Assembly: GCA_032718475.1 (NCBI GenBank)
Contig: JAUCBJ010001005.1
Coordinates: 1-64,000, forward strand
Direction of reading: 5' to 3'
DNA: 64,000 bases
Source: Nemertoderma westbladi
Taxonomy: Eukaryota > Animalia > Xenacoelomorpha
Each line of letters begins with the position of its first letter. The first letter of the stretch is position 1. Position numbers and translations under genes: made by a program. The notes under the pieces were generated by a model. The model did not search any database. It saw only the letters and a list, made by a program, of their open reading frames with translations, and was not told the DNA's origin. Positions 22,201 through 34,094 of this stretch are shown piece after piece.

Positions 22201-25200
22201 ATGCAGCGATTTGCTTGGTTAGTGGCCATATCTGTGGTAGTTTTATTCAGCTACATACTTGATGCAGCAGTAATCAAAGATGAACTCAGAGAGAGTGAAA
22301 AGGAACTCATTGTGGAAGCACATAACGAGATAAGGGCCGACTTCGACACAAAATTTGCCAACGGGGAGACACCTCCCGCCCCAAAACGGAAGCTTAGAAA
22401 TCTGGTTAGTTAAAAAAAGAATCTTAGTATATGTGTAAAATAATCGTTTTTATATAGAGTTTTTAATTTCTTTACCTTTAATAAATTGAATATTGTTTGT
22501 TTCAGAAATGGGATAATCGTCTTGCTAAAGAAGCCCAGAAGTTGGTTGATACTTGTGAGTTTAAACACCAGGAACATACCTTCAGAGGGGAAGCAGTTGG
22601 ACAAAACTTATACATGTGTAGTAAGTATGTAGGCCTACAGTAGGCCGGCCTACTGTCTCTTCTAGCACTCATTCTACTACAACCGTACATACAGTACAGT
22701 AGAAATAGAAAGAACGTAGCTGGTTGCTGTGGCGCACAACCAACATAATTTTCTGTCAGGTGACACTAGTGTAAGTAAACAAGTAAACAAAAGCAAACAG
22801 TCGGTTTCGGCCGAAGCCGGAGGCGACCCGAAGGCTCCTCTTTCGATAGCTGCTACCCGAATGTAGCGGGGGGCGCTACTACTATAACATTTATCTATCA
22901 TATCAGCATTATTATCGCTACTATCACAAGTAATTCAACTAACTGGTCCTCATTTTATTGACACAGGACCTTGGCGGGGCTCGAACCAACAACCAATAGA
23001 TTTTAGCCCGGCGCTTAACCAACTGAGCCACCCCTCTTGTACATAACCACACTACTGTAGTGTTATATAATTAACTATTTAGTTAAAACAAACAATGGCA
23101 TTTAAAGAAATCACAATCGTTGAAATTTTCCTCATCTCGATTTGTTTCCCCACCCCCGTACTGATTATTTAATTTATTTATATACAGTACGTACTGTAGG
23201 TAGAGACCTACAGTATACATATGATTAAGGCTCTTTTCATACAATTTTCATAAGGCCGCTCGTTTGGGCCGCAGTGATCCCACCATATGCTATAGAAATT
23301 ACTGCAAAGTAAATAGTTGCTCTGAGTTGCTGTACGAGCACATGTTAGTCTCAAGAGGCCAGCGTGTAGGCCTAAGGGACACTTCTTATGCAACATATTG
23401 GTGGATCAAGTTGGATAGTAGTTTACTACACGAATCTGAACAGAACTGAACCGAACTGCATCGAAAGCGTGGTGTGTAGAGGACGCCAAATGAAAGATAA
23501 TTTAAAAACAACCATCCATGCAGACAGGTGAAAATTAAATTTTGATTTGAATTTCATTTGGTCTTTTCATAGATTGTAAATTTAGTTGCGTATAAGTTGT
23601 CGCCAAATTAAGATTACTTTCTTCACATAAAACACGGGTGTACTGCTTTTACCAGTATGCCTACCGGTGGCAAATTGCCAATTGGTGTCGCTTTAGCCTC
23701 TCATAGGGTTAATGTTAAATTAATGCCTAGAAGTAAAAATTTTACTGTATACTGTGTACTGTATTCTGTACTGTACTGTACTGTATTCTTAAATTTGGTT
23801 TATTGTTTTGGTTAGAAATGCCTACCATTATATCCTACTACTTTTCTTTAAAATGTACCTTAAGTGGTGAATATCGAAATTAAATATTCGCGAAATTAAG
23901 TTAATATGTTAAAATAGGCTAAATCAACACCCCAATTGGTAATATGCTATGTCAGTACTATCCGAACCTGTTGTTTAAAATCACCCAAGATTAATAATCA
24001 AGTTTATTTCCTTTGTATTAATTAGCACTAGTATAATCGCATTGGATAAATTGAATTTATAACTTGTTAACTAAGTGTGTACCGGTATGTAAACTGTGAA
24101 ACTTTTGAGGTAAATTTAATTTAATAAAATTTGTGTTGCAGGAACTAGTTGTCCCTTCAGACATTGTCTTGGCGAAAATGCAGTTAAAATAGTTTCCGAG
24201 TGGTTTAGAGAAATTCGCGCCCATCCTCAGTGGCAAGAGATAAACGAAAATGATTTGGCGATCAGCGGGAACTATACTCAGGTAATGATTCACTAGACAT
24301 GGCACCCCCTCCCACTGGTGCCTAACAAAATATAAACGTATCTTCATTCTTCATCCTTTAAGATGCGTTTCAAGAAAGTCATGGGCTTAGCCACCATGCT
24401 TATTCACAAAGCACAAGATTGTGCACAGGATGGTCATCACGGCGAAAGCAATGTCCTGCAAAGCGGAGACGGCTTTGTTCTAGTGTCAAGCTTGGGGGAA
24501 CCAATGAGACACCTCCAATGTTATAGTGTCTGGTTGGAGATGTGTGCATTGTACTTAACACAGTGAACCCGGCGTAGAATTCTTTTGAATGTACCATCCA
24601 GAGATTTTGTGTCTTCGGCAGTTAGAGTCCAGCATGGACTCCCATATAGGAGTACTGTACTGGAACTACTGCTGCTCTAAATAATCGGACCTTAAGTTTC
24701 TGATGAATTCTGTGTGACTTCCAAATCCTGGAAAGCCCAAATCCCGAATGGATGACGTGAGACTGGCCCTTGGCATGCCGTACTGTATGGCCTGCCAACC
24801 TGAATAAACCCGTCGGAATAGACGTTCGCAGTCAATGTAGCTGCAACTTCAGCCAAACACTGTGTAGTGGGTGAAGCGGGAATACTATTGTACCATTATG
24901 CCCATTAATTTTAGGCTGGTCATCATGTGGGCATGAAGGCCGCCTGATGGTTTAATAAAGCCAATACAACTCTGCTTCAGCCACGTTCTTCGCTTCATGA
25001 AGATACAGTATAGCTGTCGCTTAACGTACAGTAGGCCGCGCTTTATGGTTTCCTGTAGATAAATAATTCTACAGTATGTAGGTAAATAATTCTACAGTAT
25101 GTAGGTCTACTGTCTCATTAAAATATCGTAAAACTATGTCCTACTGTACCGTTGGTACAGTAGGTATGTAGCATACCTGATTTCTCTGTGTTATGATAAC

Positions 25201-25364
25201 ATAATGATAACAATTATATTACTTTTTAGATGATGTGGGAGAATACCAGAAAGGTGGGGTGCGCTATTAAAACATGTGGGGAGTACAAACGATACGCGTT
25301 CGCAGCGTGCGATTATTACCCAGCAGGGAACGTGATTGGAGAATTTCCGTACCGAACCAAATGA
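22201..25364 (+). CDS. Secreted CAP/SCP (PR-1/Antigen 5/CRISP-like) protein, 197 aa; exons 22201-22404, 22506-22620, 24142-24281, 25230-25364
   Basis: GT-AG introns with compatible phases (204+115+140+135 = 594 nt); signal peptide; motifs HNEIR, WDNRLAKEAQ, C.F.H, GQNL, W..E, GNYTQMMW..T.KVGCA, C.Y.PAGN. Confidence 0.9.
22771..23034 (-). mobile_element. Second, more diverged copy of the tRNA-SINE, in CAP intron 2
   Basis: Reverse complement of the head (ggggtggctcagttggttaagcgccgggct) and of the tail. Confidence 0.85.
24350..24735 (-). mobile_element. RTE-like LINE fragment in CAP intron 3
   Basis: LKVRLFRAAV...LDGTFKRILRR...RLRFAGHCFRR; similar to 19854-20075. Confidence 0.65.
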
Positions 25365-25914
25365 TAAACTTTTATGGAACCTATATGTTTAGAACTACTG
25401 TAGATTAAAAGGACTAACTTTATCTTGGTGGTGGATAGCAGTGTGGACATTAAATTAGGGAGGTGAGAGGTTCGTCATTTTGAGTCATGGGTAAAATGGT
25501 CCCTTAGAAAATTGTCAAAACTACAGTAGCATACACAGTTGTTGAATTTCTAATGATCGTATTTTTCACAACCATGGAATTAAATCGGAAAGAGAAAATC
25601 GCAATCGAATTAGGTGACCATTATACAGTAGATTAGGGTGGCCTAAAATCATTAAGAAATTCTTCGGAAATATCGAAATTCCTATGTCAACTGGTTTCAG
25701 AGATATCAATAATTCCAGAATTCAGAAGAAACCCCGAGAAATTATACAGGATAACGAATATAAAAAGTGACACAAAATGCCCCCCCCCCCCCCCCCCCCC
25801 CTCCCCCTACTCTAACAGTCAATATTGTATGGTGTGGGCTGCAGATGGTCTGATAGTGCAGTAGTGGGTTAGGCCTACCACTCGACCTACACTGTACTGT
25901 CAGACTGTACGACG

Positions 25915-26077
25915 TGTACTCGTTGTTGCTCATTGTTGCTGGTTGTTTACTTTATCATTGCTCGTTGTTGCCATGGTTGCTCATTGCTGCTCTTTGTTGC
26001 TCATTGTTGCTCATTGTTGCTGGTTGTTTACTTTATCATTGCTCGTTGTTGCCATGGTTGCTCATTGTTGCTCGTTG
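25915..26077. repeat. Low-complexity tandem repeat (gctc(a/g)ttgtt units)
   Basis: Directly visible; includes a higher-order unit present twice. Confidence 0.85.
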
Positions 26078-26365
26078 TACATTTTAGCACCTATACAGTA
26101 ACTTCACACTTATGACTAGCACTACCTGACTACTGCACTAGCATCTACAGATCTAACTGGCGAATCTGACATTGTAACTGGGAGAGTGGTAACTGCCAGA
26201 CAACTCACCTGCCAGCATGCAGGTGCAGCTGTTGTATCCTACAACTGCTTACATCAGTACCGGTACATGGGTAGGTCAGTACATCCAACATCAGTAGGTC
26301 AGTCAGTCAGTAGGTACCGGTACCGCTACTGCACTGGTAAGCCGGCAGCCCGTCAGATAGAAATA

Positions 26366-26863
26366 ATGAACAATGGAAAACGTTTATTAGTGACAGTTGG
26401 CACGACTAAGTTCGCCGATTTGATAACAACTATCTGTTCGCCGCGTGTTTGTAAAGAACTTGAGATCCTGAAATTTACCAGAGTAGTTTTACAATATGGA
26501 AATGGCCCGAAACCGCTCCTTCCTGAAACCTCTAGACTAGATATAAGATGTTATAACTTTAAACCGTCACTTAGGGAAGATATGCAGAATGCAGATCTGA
26601 TAATCAGTCATGCTGGAGCTGGGAGTTGTTTAGAGTCGCTTTCACTTGGCAAGCAACTTATTGTAGTTGTAAATGATAAACTTATGGATAACCACCAGCT
26701 GGAACTTGCTAAACAATTTGCTTCGGAGGGATATCTAACATATTGTAATTGTGATAACCTTGGCGATACTCTAAAGCAATTTAACATTTCCAAATTAACT
26801 CCTTTCGTTTCTGGTGACACAAGTCTATTTTCTAAGCATATGGATTCAGTTATTGGGTTTTAA
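26366..26863 (+). CDS. ALG13: UDP-N-acetylglucosamine transferase subunit ALG13 (165 aa, intronless CDS)
   Basis: LVTVGTTKF, VLQYG.G, FKPSL.EDM..ADLIISHAGAGSCLE.L..GK.LIVVVN..LMDNHQLELA. Confidence 0.95.
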   Translation: MNNGKRLLVTVGTTKFADLITTICSPRVCKELEILKFTRVVLQYGNGPKPLLPETSRLDIRCYNFKPSLREDMQNADLIISHAGAGSCLESLSLGKQLIVVVNDKLMDNHQLELAKQFASEGYLTYCNCDNLGDTLKQFNISKLTPFVSGDTSLFSKHMDSVIGF

Positions 26864-26956
26864 TTTAGGCCTACTGCTGACTTTGAACCGATTTCAGGAT
26901 TTAACGTTAACGTTATACCTACCGGTACTGCCTACGGTCTTCGGACGGAGTACATA

Positions 26957-28207
26957 GGGTAAACTGGGGTGAAGTGAGCTACTTTTGTAGTTTTTCGTGT
27001 TTTAAAAATAGTTACTTTCTCATTGCAGCATTGAGGAAATACCAATGTATTCCGTTGTGCACTACATTATTGCTCTAAACAATCTCACAAAAATTATAAC
27101 ATAATTTGCCTATTAAATAGTCAAATTATACCTTTTGTTTAGAGCACACAAGTCTGCAAGTAGCTCAATTTACCCCACTCATGGGGCAAAGTGAGCTAGC
27201 TCTAAAATCATTTGAAAAACCATTTAACCCCAATCAGTGATTGCCTTATGAAAAAATCAAGAGATAATTTGCCTATTAAATAGGCAGATTATTTATTTTT
27301 TTTGATATTTCGAATAGCTCACTTTACCCCACTCAGAGGCAAAGTGAGCTTCCCTCAAAAATGAGGTCTAAAACCATTTTCATTGTACCCCATTTAGTAA
27401 TTTTCTGGGGGTAAAGTGAACCATTTTTCATGTTTTTAAAAAATAGATAAACATACAGTAGGCTATACAGCTATAGGCCAACGAATTATGAATTATAGAA
27501 CATTACAAAATTATTAGGCCCTATTATAAATCTAAATAACCAACAAACAAACAATAAACCTGAATACAGTAGACCTAGTAGTGGAAATTGTAGTACTACT
27601 GGTACTAATCTGCAGGCCTAAGACGTTTATTTATTAGACCGACCTCGGGCCTGACCTGACTGCTAAAACCTAGAGTTAGGGCCTACCCGACATCCAAACA
27701 ACATTCTGTTACAAATTAAGAGATAATAATAAAATATAAAATTTTCTAAAACATAAACAGCACCAAAATTTCAATAGCTCACTTTACCCCATTGCCAATA
27801 TATTTAAGGGGTAAAGTGAACCAAATTAATTAATTAATTAAGTAAATAATTAGTTGTCGAATGACAAAAATTGCACGGGATATCTCAAGTATCACGTATT
27901 TGCCATTATTTGCGGTAATGACAACACTCTACCTTAAATCGTTGTTTATTATTTTGTATTTTAAAATCAATAACCAAAAAGTTTGTATGCATGAATTTTC
28001 AACTTTTTTTTTCATATTTTGTAAAAAATTTAATTGCTTCGAAATTTCAAACTGTCGTAAGTTATTTTGTACATTAGATCAAAGCTAGGATATTTGTAGA
28101 CATTATAATGATTTTAGAGAATGGCAATAATAAAAATTTCTATATTTAAAAAAATAAATTAAAAAATAGCTCACTTTACCCCTAGCTCACTTCACCCCAC
28201 TTTACCC
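26957..28207. mobile_element. MITE with TA TSD (Tc1/mariner/pogo-like)
   Basis: 25-bp TIRs gggtaaa(c/g)tggggtgaagtgagcta; TA on both sides; internal agctcactttacccc repeats. Confidence 0.8.
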
Positions 28208-28429
28208 TACCTATTGTCAGATTGTCCTATTACAGTATTACTCTGTTACACGTTACAGTATTATTCTCGCTGTACCGGTACTTTACCATAACTGCATAAC
28301 CTGAAGTCGTGCGAGCTGCAAGAGCCAACTTTTTACAATTACGCTGTTGGGTTAGTGGATGGCTTATTACAGAAGGCTATTCAGGTATTATATACATGTA
28401 CAATATAATATAATATAATATAAATATGG

Positions 28430-29057
28430 CGGTCAGCCTAAACACCCAACTACACCCAACTTTCACCCAACTACACCCAACTACACCCAAAACTACACCC
28501 ACACAGTTCCACCCCACTACACCCAATTTCCACTGCACTTCCACTTCCACTCTGCATCCAACTTACACCAAACTATACCTACTGTATGGCACCAAATATT
28601 TAACAAATTATTATTAAATCAACATCCCAAAATTACAGCATCCATAATGAAACCCCACATCGCCAAGTGATCCACATTAAAGCCCGATGGGAAACCCCAC
28701 TTGGGATCCGACTATGTAGCAACACACCTAAAGGGTGTGACATATTCCCATTTATTTTCATAATTGCAGGGCAGTGATGGCAAAATACAGTACGAGTACA
28801 TGCAACTGTTAAAAGTTCATATATCAGCAATTCCTCAAAGAAGTTCAGAGTTTGTTACTTTAGGCTACATATTGTAATTTGTGGAATTTTGGTGCCATAC
28901 AGTATAGTTTGGTGTAAGTTGGATGCTGTTGGGTTGAAGTTGGGTGTAGTTGCAGAGTTGGGTGGAAGTTTGGTGTAGTTGGGTGGTATAGTTGGGTGTA
29001 CAGTAGTTGGTGAAAGTTGGGTGTAGTTGGATGAAAGTTGGGTGTTTAGGCTGACCC
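28430..29057. mobile_element. Mutator-like foldback MITE
   Basis: Long TIRs (ggtcagcctaaacacccaact...) built from acacccaact repeats; 9-bp TSD taaatatgg at 28421-28429 and 29058-29066. Confidence 0.8.
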
Positions 29058-30479
29058 TAAATATGGGGGTTAGGGCCTATTACAGTATTATAGTACAGGA
29101 GTCATGTCATGCTGTAATCTTTGTCCAATTTTGATTGTATTTGTTATTACTTTAGCTCTAGACTAACTAGCGCTAGCATCGGGGGCACTGACATTTTAAG
29201 CTACTAAGTGAGCTTGAGCTCAGGGCTACTAACTAAGGACAGTCTCTTGGCTTGACACGCTTGTAGTTATAAGAGGCAATAAGCCTATATTCTCCGAATA
29301 TGGAATACCGGTAGGCCTACTGTAATCAGCTGTCTTTTTTTCTGTGAAAGAATCTTTGTGGCTCAGTGGCTGGCTTCTGGCTACTCGATAGTTAACAATA
29401 TCATATTTATCCCAAAAACACTAAATATGAAGTCATCAGTCACTCGGATGTTTTATCTGTTTATCGCGGTGAAATTTGTATCCCGTTATCATTTAGCCTA
29501 CCGGGACCTCTTTTTCCTTTGCTACATTAAATGACACAAGCACACAATCAGATATTGTTAACGTCCCTACATTGAAACAATTTAAGACTTATCTGTTATA
29601 CGTTGATTTTAGTTCATATATTAAATTTAACCGACTAACCGTATGTAACTGTGATTAGACCTATGTCAGTATTTACATTCATTTTATATTTTTAAACTTT
29701 TTACTGAACTACTTAAACGGTCATGTGTAAACCAACTAGTCAATTTGTATCGTGTATATTTTTAAACAGATGTGTTACATTATTGTTTATTTACATTGTG
29801 CTCGAGATGTCTCCTTACATCTAAATAATATAATAATGTGTAATATAAATAATAATAAATCATTCTCATTCATATGGGACTGTAATTAATTGTAATAAGC
29901 TATGCGCAATTGATTAGGCTGAATATAAGTTTTGAACTGAAAACTAATGTGTTTCGTTTATTATTTTTTAAATAAAATTAGGCAATAAAAGTCAAAATCC
30001 AAAATTTATATGAAATAAGTTAAAGAAAGGATAGTCCCTGAGTCAATGTCGAAGTTACAAACATTAAACCACGAAACCGGAATCCATTAGCTAAATCAAT
30101 ATGATTTATGATATTCTGGTATATATTTTAATAATGTAATTGCCGTAATTGCAGTATATCGATCGTCTCCCTTTTTTAAGGCATTAATAAACACAGTGAT
30201 GTTTGTTAAATATTGTACTAGTACCTCCATCACAACTGATAAATTGATGAAAAAATATCGCAATGTCTGTTAACTTTCTATCTTAACAGGAACCATCTGT
30301 AAAGTGATTGCCTACCCCTACATTACAAGCAAGTTTAAGTAAATATATATCTAAATATTTATTAGGCCTACTCTTTTAAATGTAGCATTATCTAACCAGT
30401 TAGTTAAATTTATATATAAATATACAATTGATTAGCTTTGGGCTGCTGATACCTACTTTTGTAATTTATATTAATAATA

Positions 30480-30797
30480 ATGGGGGATAGCGGTGGAGAC
30501 AATATTTCCGGGTCCCCAGAGACCGTGGCGGGAAACCAAACTGACATGGACTACCAGACTCAACTGAAGGAGACCGCCAGGGTCTGGCTGAGATACGTAA
30601 TAGAGTGGGCTGCGACCGACCCCTACGGGTTCGTGTGTAGCATTCTCATATGTTTTGCCCCGTTGATGTTAATTTCGGCTTTATTGTCGTGGAAGATGTT
30701 GAAATCCTTAGAAAATAACGATAAAAAAGGGAAGCGGAAGGCGAAAAAGGACAGTAATATTGCCAGATCGCGTGGGCGTACGAAAAAAACTGACTAG
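30480..30797 (+). CDS. SMIM15: Small integral membrane protein 15 homolog
   Basis: W..YV.EWAA.DPYGF...L....PL...SA.LSWK..K followed by a basic tail with NIA; matches the SMIM15 family pattern. Confidence 0.88.
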   Translation: MGDSGGDNISGSPETVAGNQTDMDYQTQLKETARVWLRYVIEWAATDPYGFVCSILICFAPLMLISALLSWKMLKSLENNDKKGKRKAKKDSNIARSRGRTKKTD

Positions 30798-32894
30798 AGA
30801 CAAATTCGAACAGCGCCGTTCGATTGGTTAGGGGCCCTCCGGTAGAATCAGTTATTTATTTATTAAATCTAGGCCTTTAATATAATTCCATTCGCTACCG
30901 AAACGATCGTTCTTGGTATATTTTTTGTATTTTCGTTTGTTGTTTAATTAATCCGAAATCGATGAGCCTTATATTGAATGGATTATTGACTATTTATTAT
31001 AGTATATTTTACGACGATGTGTTATGTATTCACACATAGACCAGGAATTGGCTGCAACATCGTTATTGTTACTGGTATAACGTTTACGTTATATGTTGTT
31101 ATATACGTTATATAGTGTAAAGTAATTAGTAATTACCGCCTTCGCCAGTGTTTATAATTTGTTATACAGACATAATATTATCTTGTTATTGAATACAAAC
31201 GATAAGAATGGTACCGGACCGGTATACATTGTCGTTTTTAACACTTAAACCGGAAGATTTTACGTTATTTCATTAAGTGTTTTATAGCGTTTATTTCTGT
31301 CTTATAAACCTGTATAAATACTTATTCGTTTATTGTTTTGGTTAGATTCAGCCCTTCTGTAAACTGTGGTTTTGGTGAAAAACCTGGTATTCTTCACATG
31401 GGGGTAACTGCAAAGTGAAATATAACGGCAGAAAGTCTGGTATTCTTCAATGGGACTAATGAATCGCTTAGAAACAATCGACTTATAACATGTCTAAATA
31501 GTATTCACCATTACTCTAACGTGGATAGCCACTGTAAGATTGTTTACCGTACAGTTGTTATAGTAACAGCAGCAATTTAGTTGCATAATTTATGTGAATC
31601 CATCTCTATAACTAAAGATTACCATAATTGGGTGATTAATTAATTATTAAGCATTTGGAAACAAGATAAATTGGCATAATGTAACAAAATTACGTACTCG
31701 TACATCATTGCATGAAAATGGGAAGATGTTCAGTCTCATATAGACGCTTGCTTATTTATTGTTTATTAAACATCTCTCATTGCGCTCGTTCGTTAACGAA
31801 TTACACTGGGTCATAACGCTGAAAAAGTGTTACTTTTACAAAATGACGTAAGTAGGTTACGCCAATGCTACTATTTATTATATTTCGAGACTGTATCCTA
31901 TGGAGTTTCGTTTATTGTTTTGGTTAGAATAACATTTCATTCTATTTAATAAATACACCATATTCTCGAACATTTTTTTTTATCTCATAAGTAGCAGAAG
32001 CTGGGCAAATATGCAAACACCACGGCATGGTAAGGAATATAGTGTCGTTATTCAGGTACCAGCACCCCCCCCCCCCCCCCCTCCAATAAATCTTAATGAG
32101 ATTACATGAAATTTTAAATAGAGATAGTTCCACCACCCTCCTCCTCCGTGGGTGAGCCAGAATTGTTATTTTTGCTTTCATTCTTTAGCTACAAGCGTTT
32201 AAAAAGATGTCTCCAGCGATATCACACCAGTTACACCGCAGTTATTCTTCAACCTTATAGTGATTTATTGGTACTGATGGAAAGCTGGCGATGTAAGGAT
32301 TCCAAATATGTAACATAATCTGAATTTCGTTTAAAAATAGCTGAGATATGGGCGTTCAAAAGTTGTTTGGTTTTGTATCTGCGCGAGGCTATTTTATTCT
32401 ATTAATTAAAAATACCATATTCTAGAACATTTTGGGGCGAGCCACGAAAGTTAGCGAGCTTAGCATCGGGTAGTAACACTAACTCAATCGGTGTGTCTGT
32501 TGATCTGTTATTCCTTTATGTCAAATTTTAAACGTCAATAACTCGGCCAATCGTCGATGATGAAATCTAACAAAACTTGGTACACAGTTTTTTGGCAAAA
32601 GTTTAGAAATTTTCCAAGTTGAATTTGCGTGTGGCCTTCGAGAAGCTAAGAAAATAGCAGTTAATTAAGTTGATTTAGGGTAAAAACAGCATTTTCAACA
32701 TGACTTTTAATGTAAATTAATTATTTTATAGTTAGAGATATAAATAATTATACTTAAAAATTATACAGCTGTAAACCCCATATCCCATTCCATTATAGTT
32801 TTTAATTAGTTCAAGTAATTTGCTTTAAGAAATGTGTTTTTAATTGATCAAACGTAATTAAATTTTCAAAATGCTCACTCTATACTTCCACCTC

Positions 32895-34016
32895 TGTTCG
32901 CGCTTTTAGACCTTTAGCAGTTTAACCTGCCAATTTTAGTTGTCCTCTTGTTTATAAATCGACTTTAGCCTTTTACCAATTACCTAGAATCCAGCCGAAG
33001 CCAGTCCGTGCGCGGCGTATGACCCACGGTGTGGGAGACTGGATTCGGATTCCTTGGGAGTTATTGCAGTGTAGACCTACTGTATTATTCGATTGATCGC
33101 TACTATATAATCTCTGACAACTATATTCACTTTCGGGGAAATATTAACAGTTCCTTTAGGACGTGGCGCTTTAAGTATAAAAACAGAGTTATGACTTATA
33201 CTAATCACAACTAGATGGCCACAGAGTTTCGTAAATAGCGCATTCTTTAGGAGATGCTTTATTAACCTTCACACTACTTCACACGACTTCACACTACTTC
33301 ACACTACTTTACACTAGTTCGCACTAATCTGCCGACCGTCACTGAATTTGATCATATATAAGGAGGATCTCAACTGACACACGTAGGGATTATGAAATAG
33401 CATTTAATTCACACAAAACCACTATAATTTAAGTCGCAGTTGCTACCGGTTAACTCTATTCCTCTTACCTCAGTAATCAATAAGATTGATGGGTTTATGA
33501 TTATTTATCTGTATTCTCCAAATATAACATCAATATCCATTAATATAACAATTAATACTATAAACAGAAGTAAATAATGCGGTGAACAGTCAGTATGTGT
33601 TACTTATGCAGTTATGAAATGTTCAGTGGTGCGTCAAATAAGTTGAAATGTGATCAAATGTTAATAGATTTACGTTCTTATAACCAAGGCCATCTGATGT
33701 TCCTAGGCCAAAGTCTGAAACTTCCGCACAGAAGCACAGAAAATTCGGAGTTGGTTCTGATGCTCAGAAAATAGTAAACAAAGACCGTAATGCATTGCGT
33801 GAGTTTCCATAGGTTTCTGTTAGCTGTAAAGTGAAAATTGCTCTGATTGGCTGAATAAGACAACAAAGAACTTCCACGTCCACAAAGAATCAGCTGACAG
33901 ATTTCGTCATCTTGGTTCTAATTCCTTCCCGTCGCCGTTGGATAAATTTAGGGCTATTTTAGAGTACTCGGCGCATTGCGTAAAAATGACTTGTTATGTC
34001 CGCAAAAGCTTTTACA
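32895..34016 (-). repeat. 3' LTR of copy B (1122 bp)
   Basis: tgtaaaagc...gcgcgaaca on the minus strand; about 99% match to 48214-49170 apart from small indels. Confidence 0.95.
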
Positions 34017-34094
34017 CCGCTCCCAGAAAATGGGATTTAAGTCTATAAAATATAAAAAATCACAGTTTCTAAAATACAAAAATACTCTAAACTA

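Noticed and set aside
23253-23449. Possible CAP exon
   Set aside because: Stop codon in the required phase; the true exon 3 is 24142-24281.
26186-26365. N-terminal extension of ALG13 from the ORF track
   Set aside because: Starts at GTG in low-complexity sequence; homology begins at ATG 26366.
33029-33214. Small ORFs inside the LTRs (also 9953-10153, 48360-48545, 50104-50304)
   Set aside because: GTG starts, opposite orientations between subfamilies and no shared peptide.
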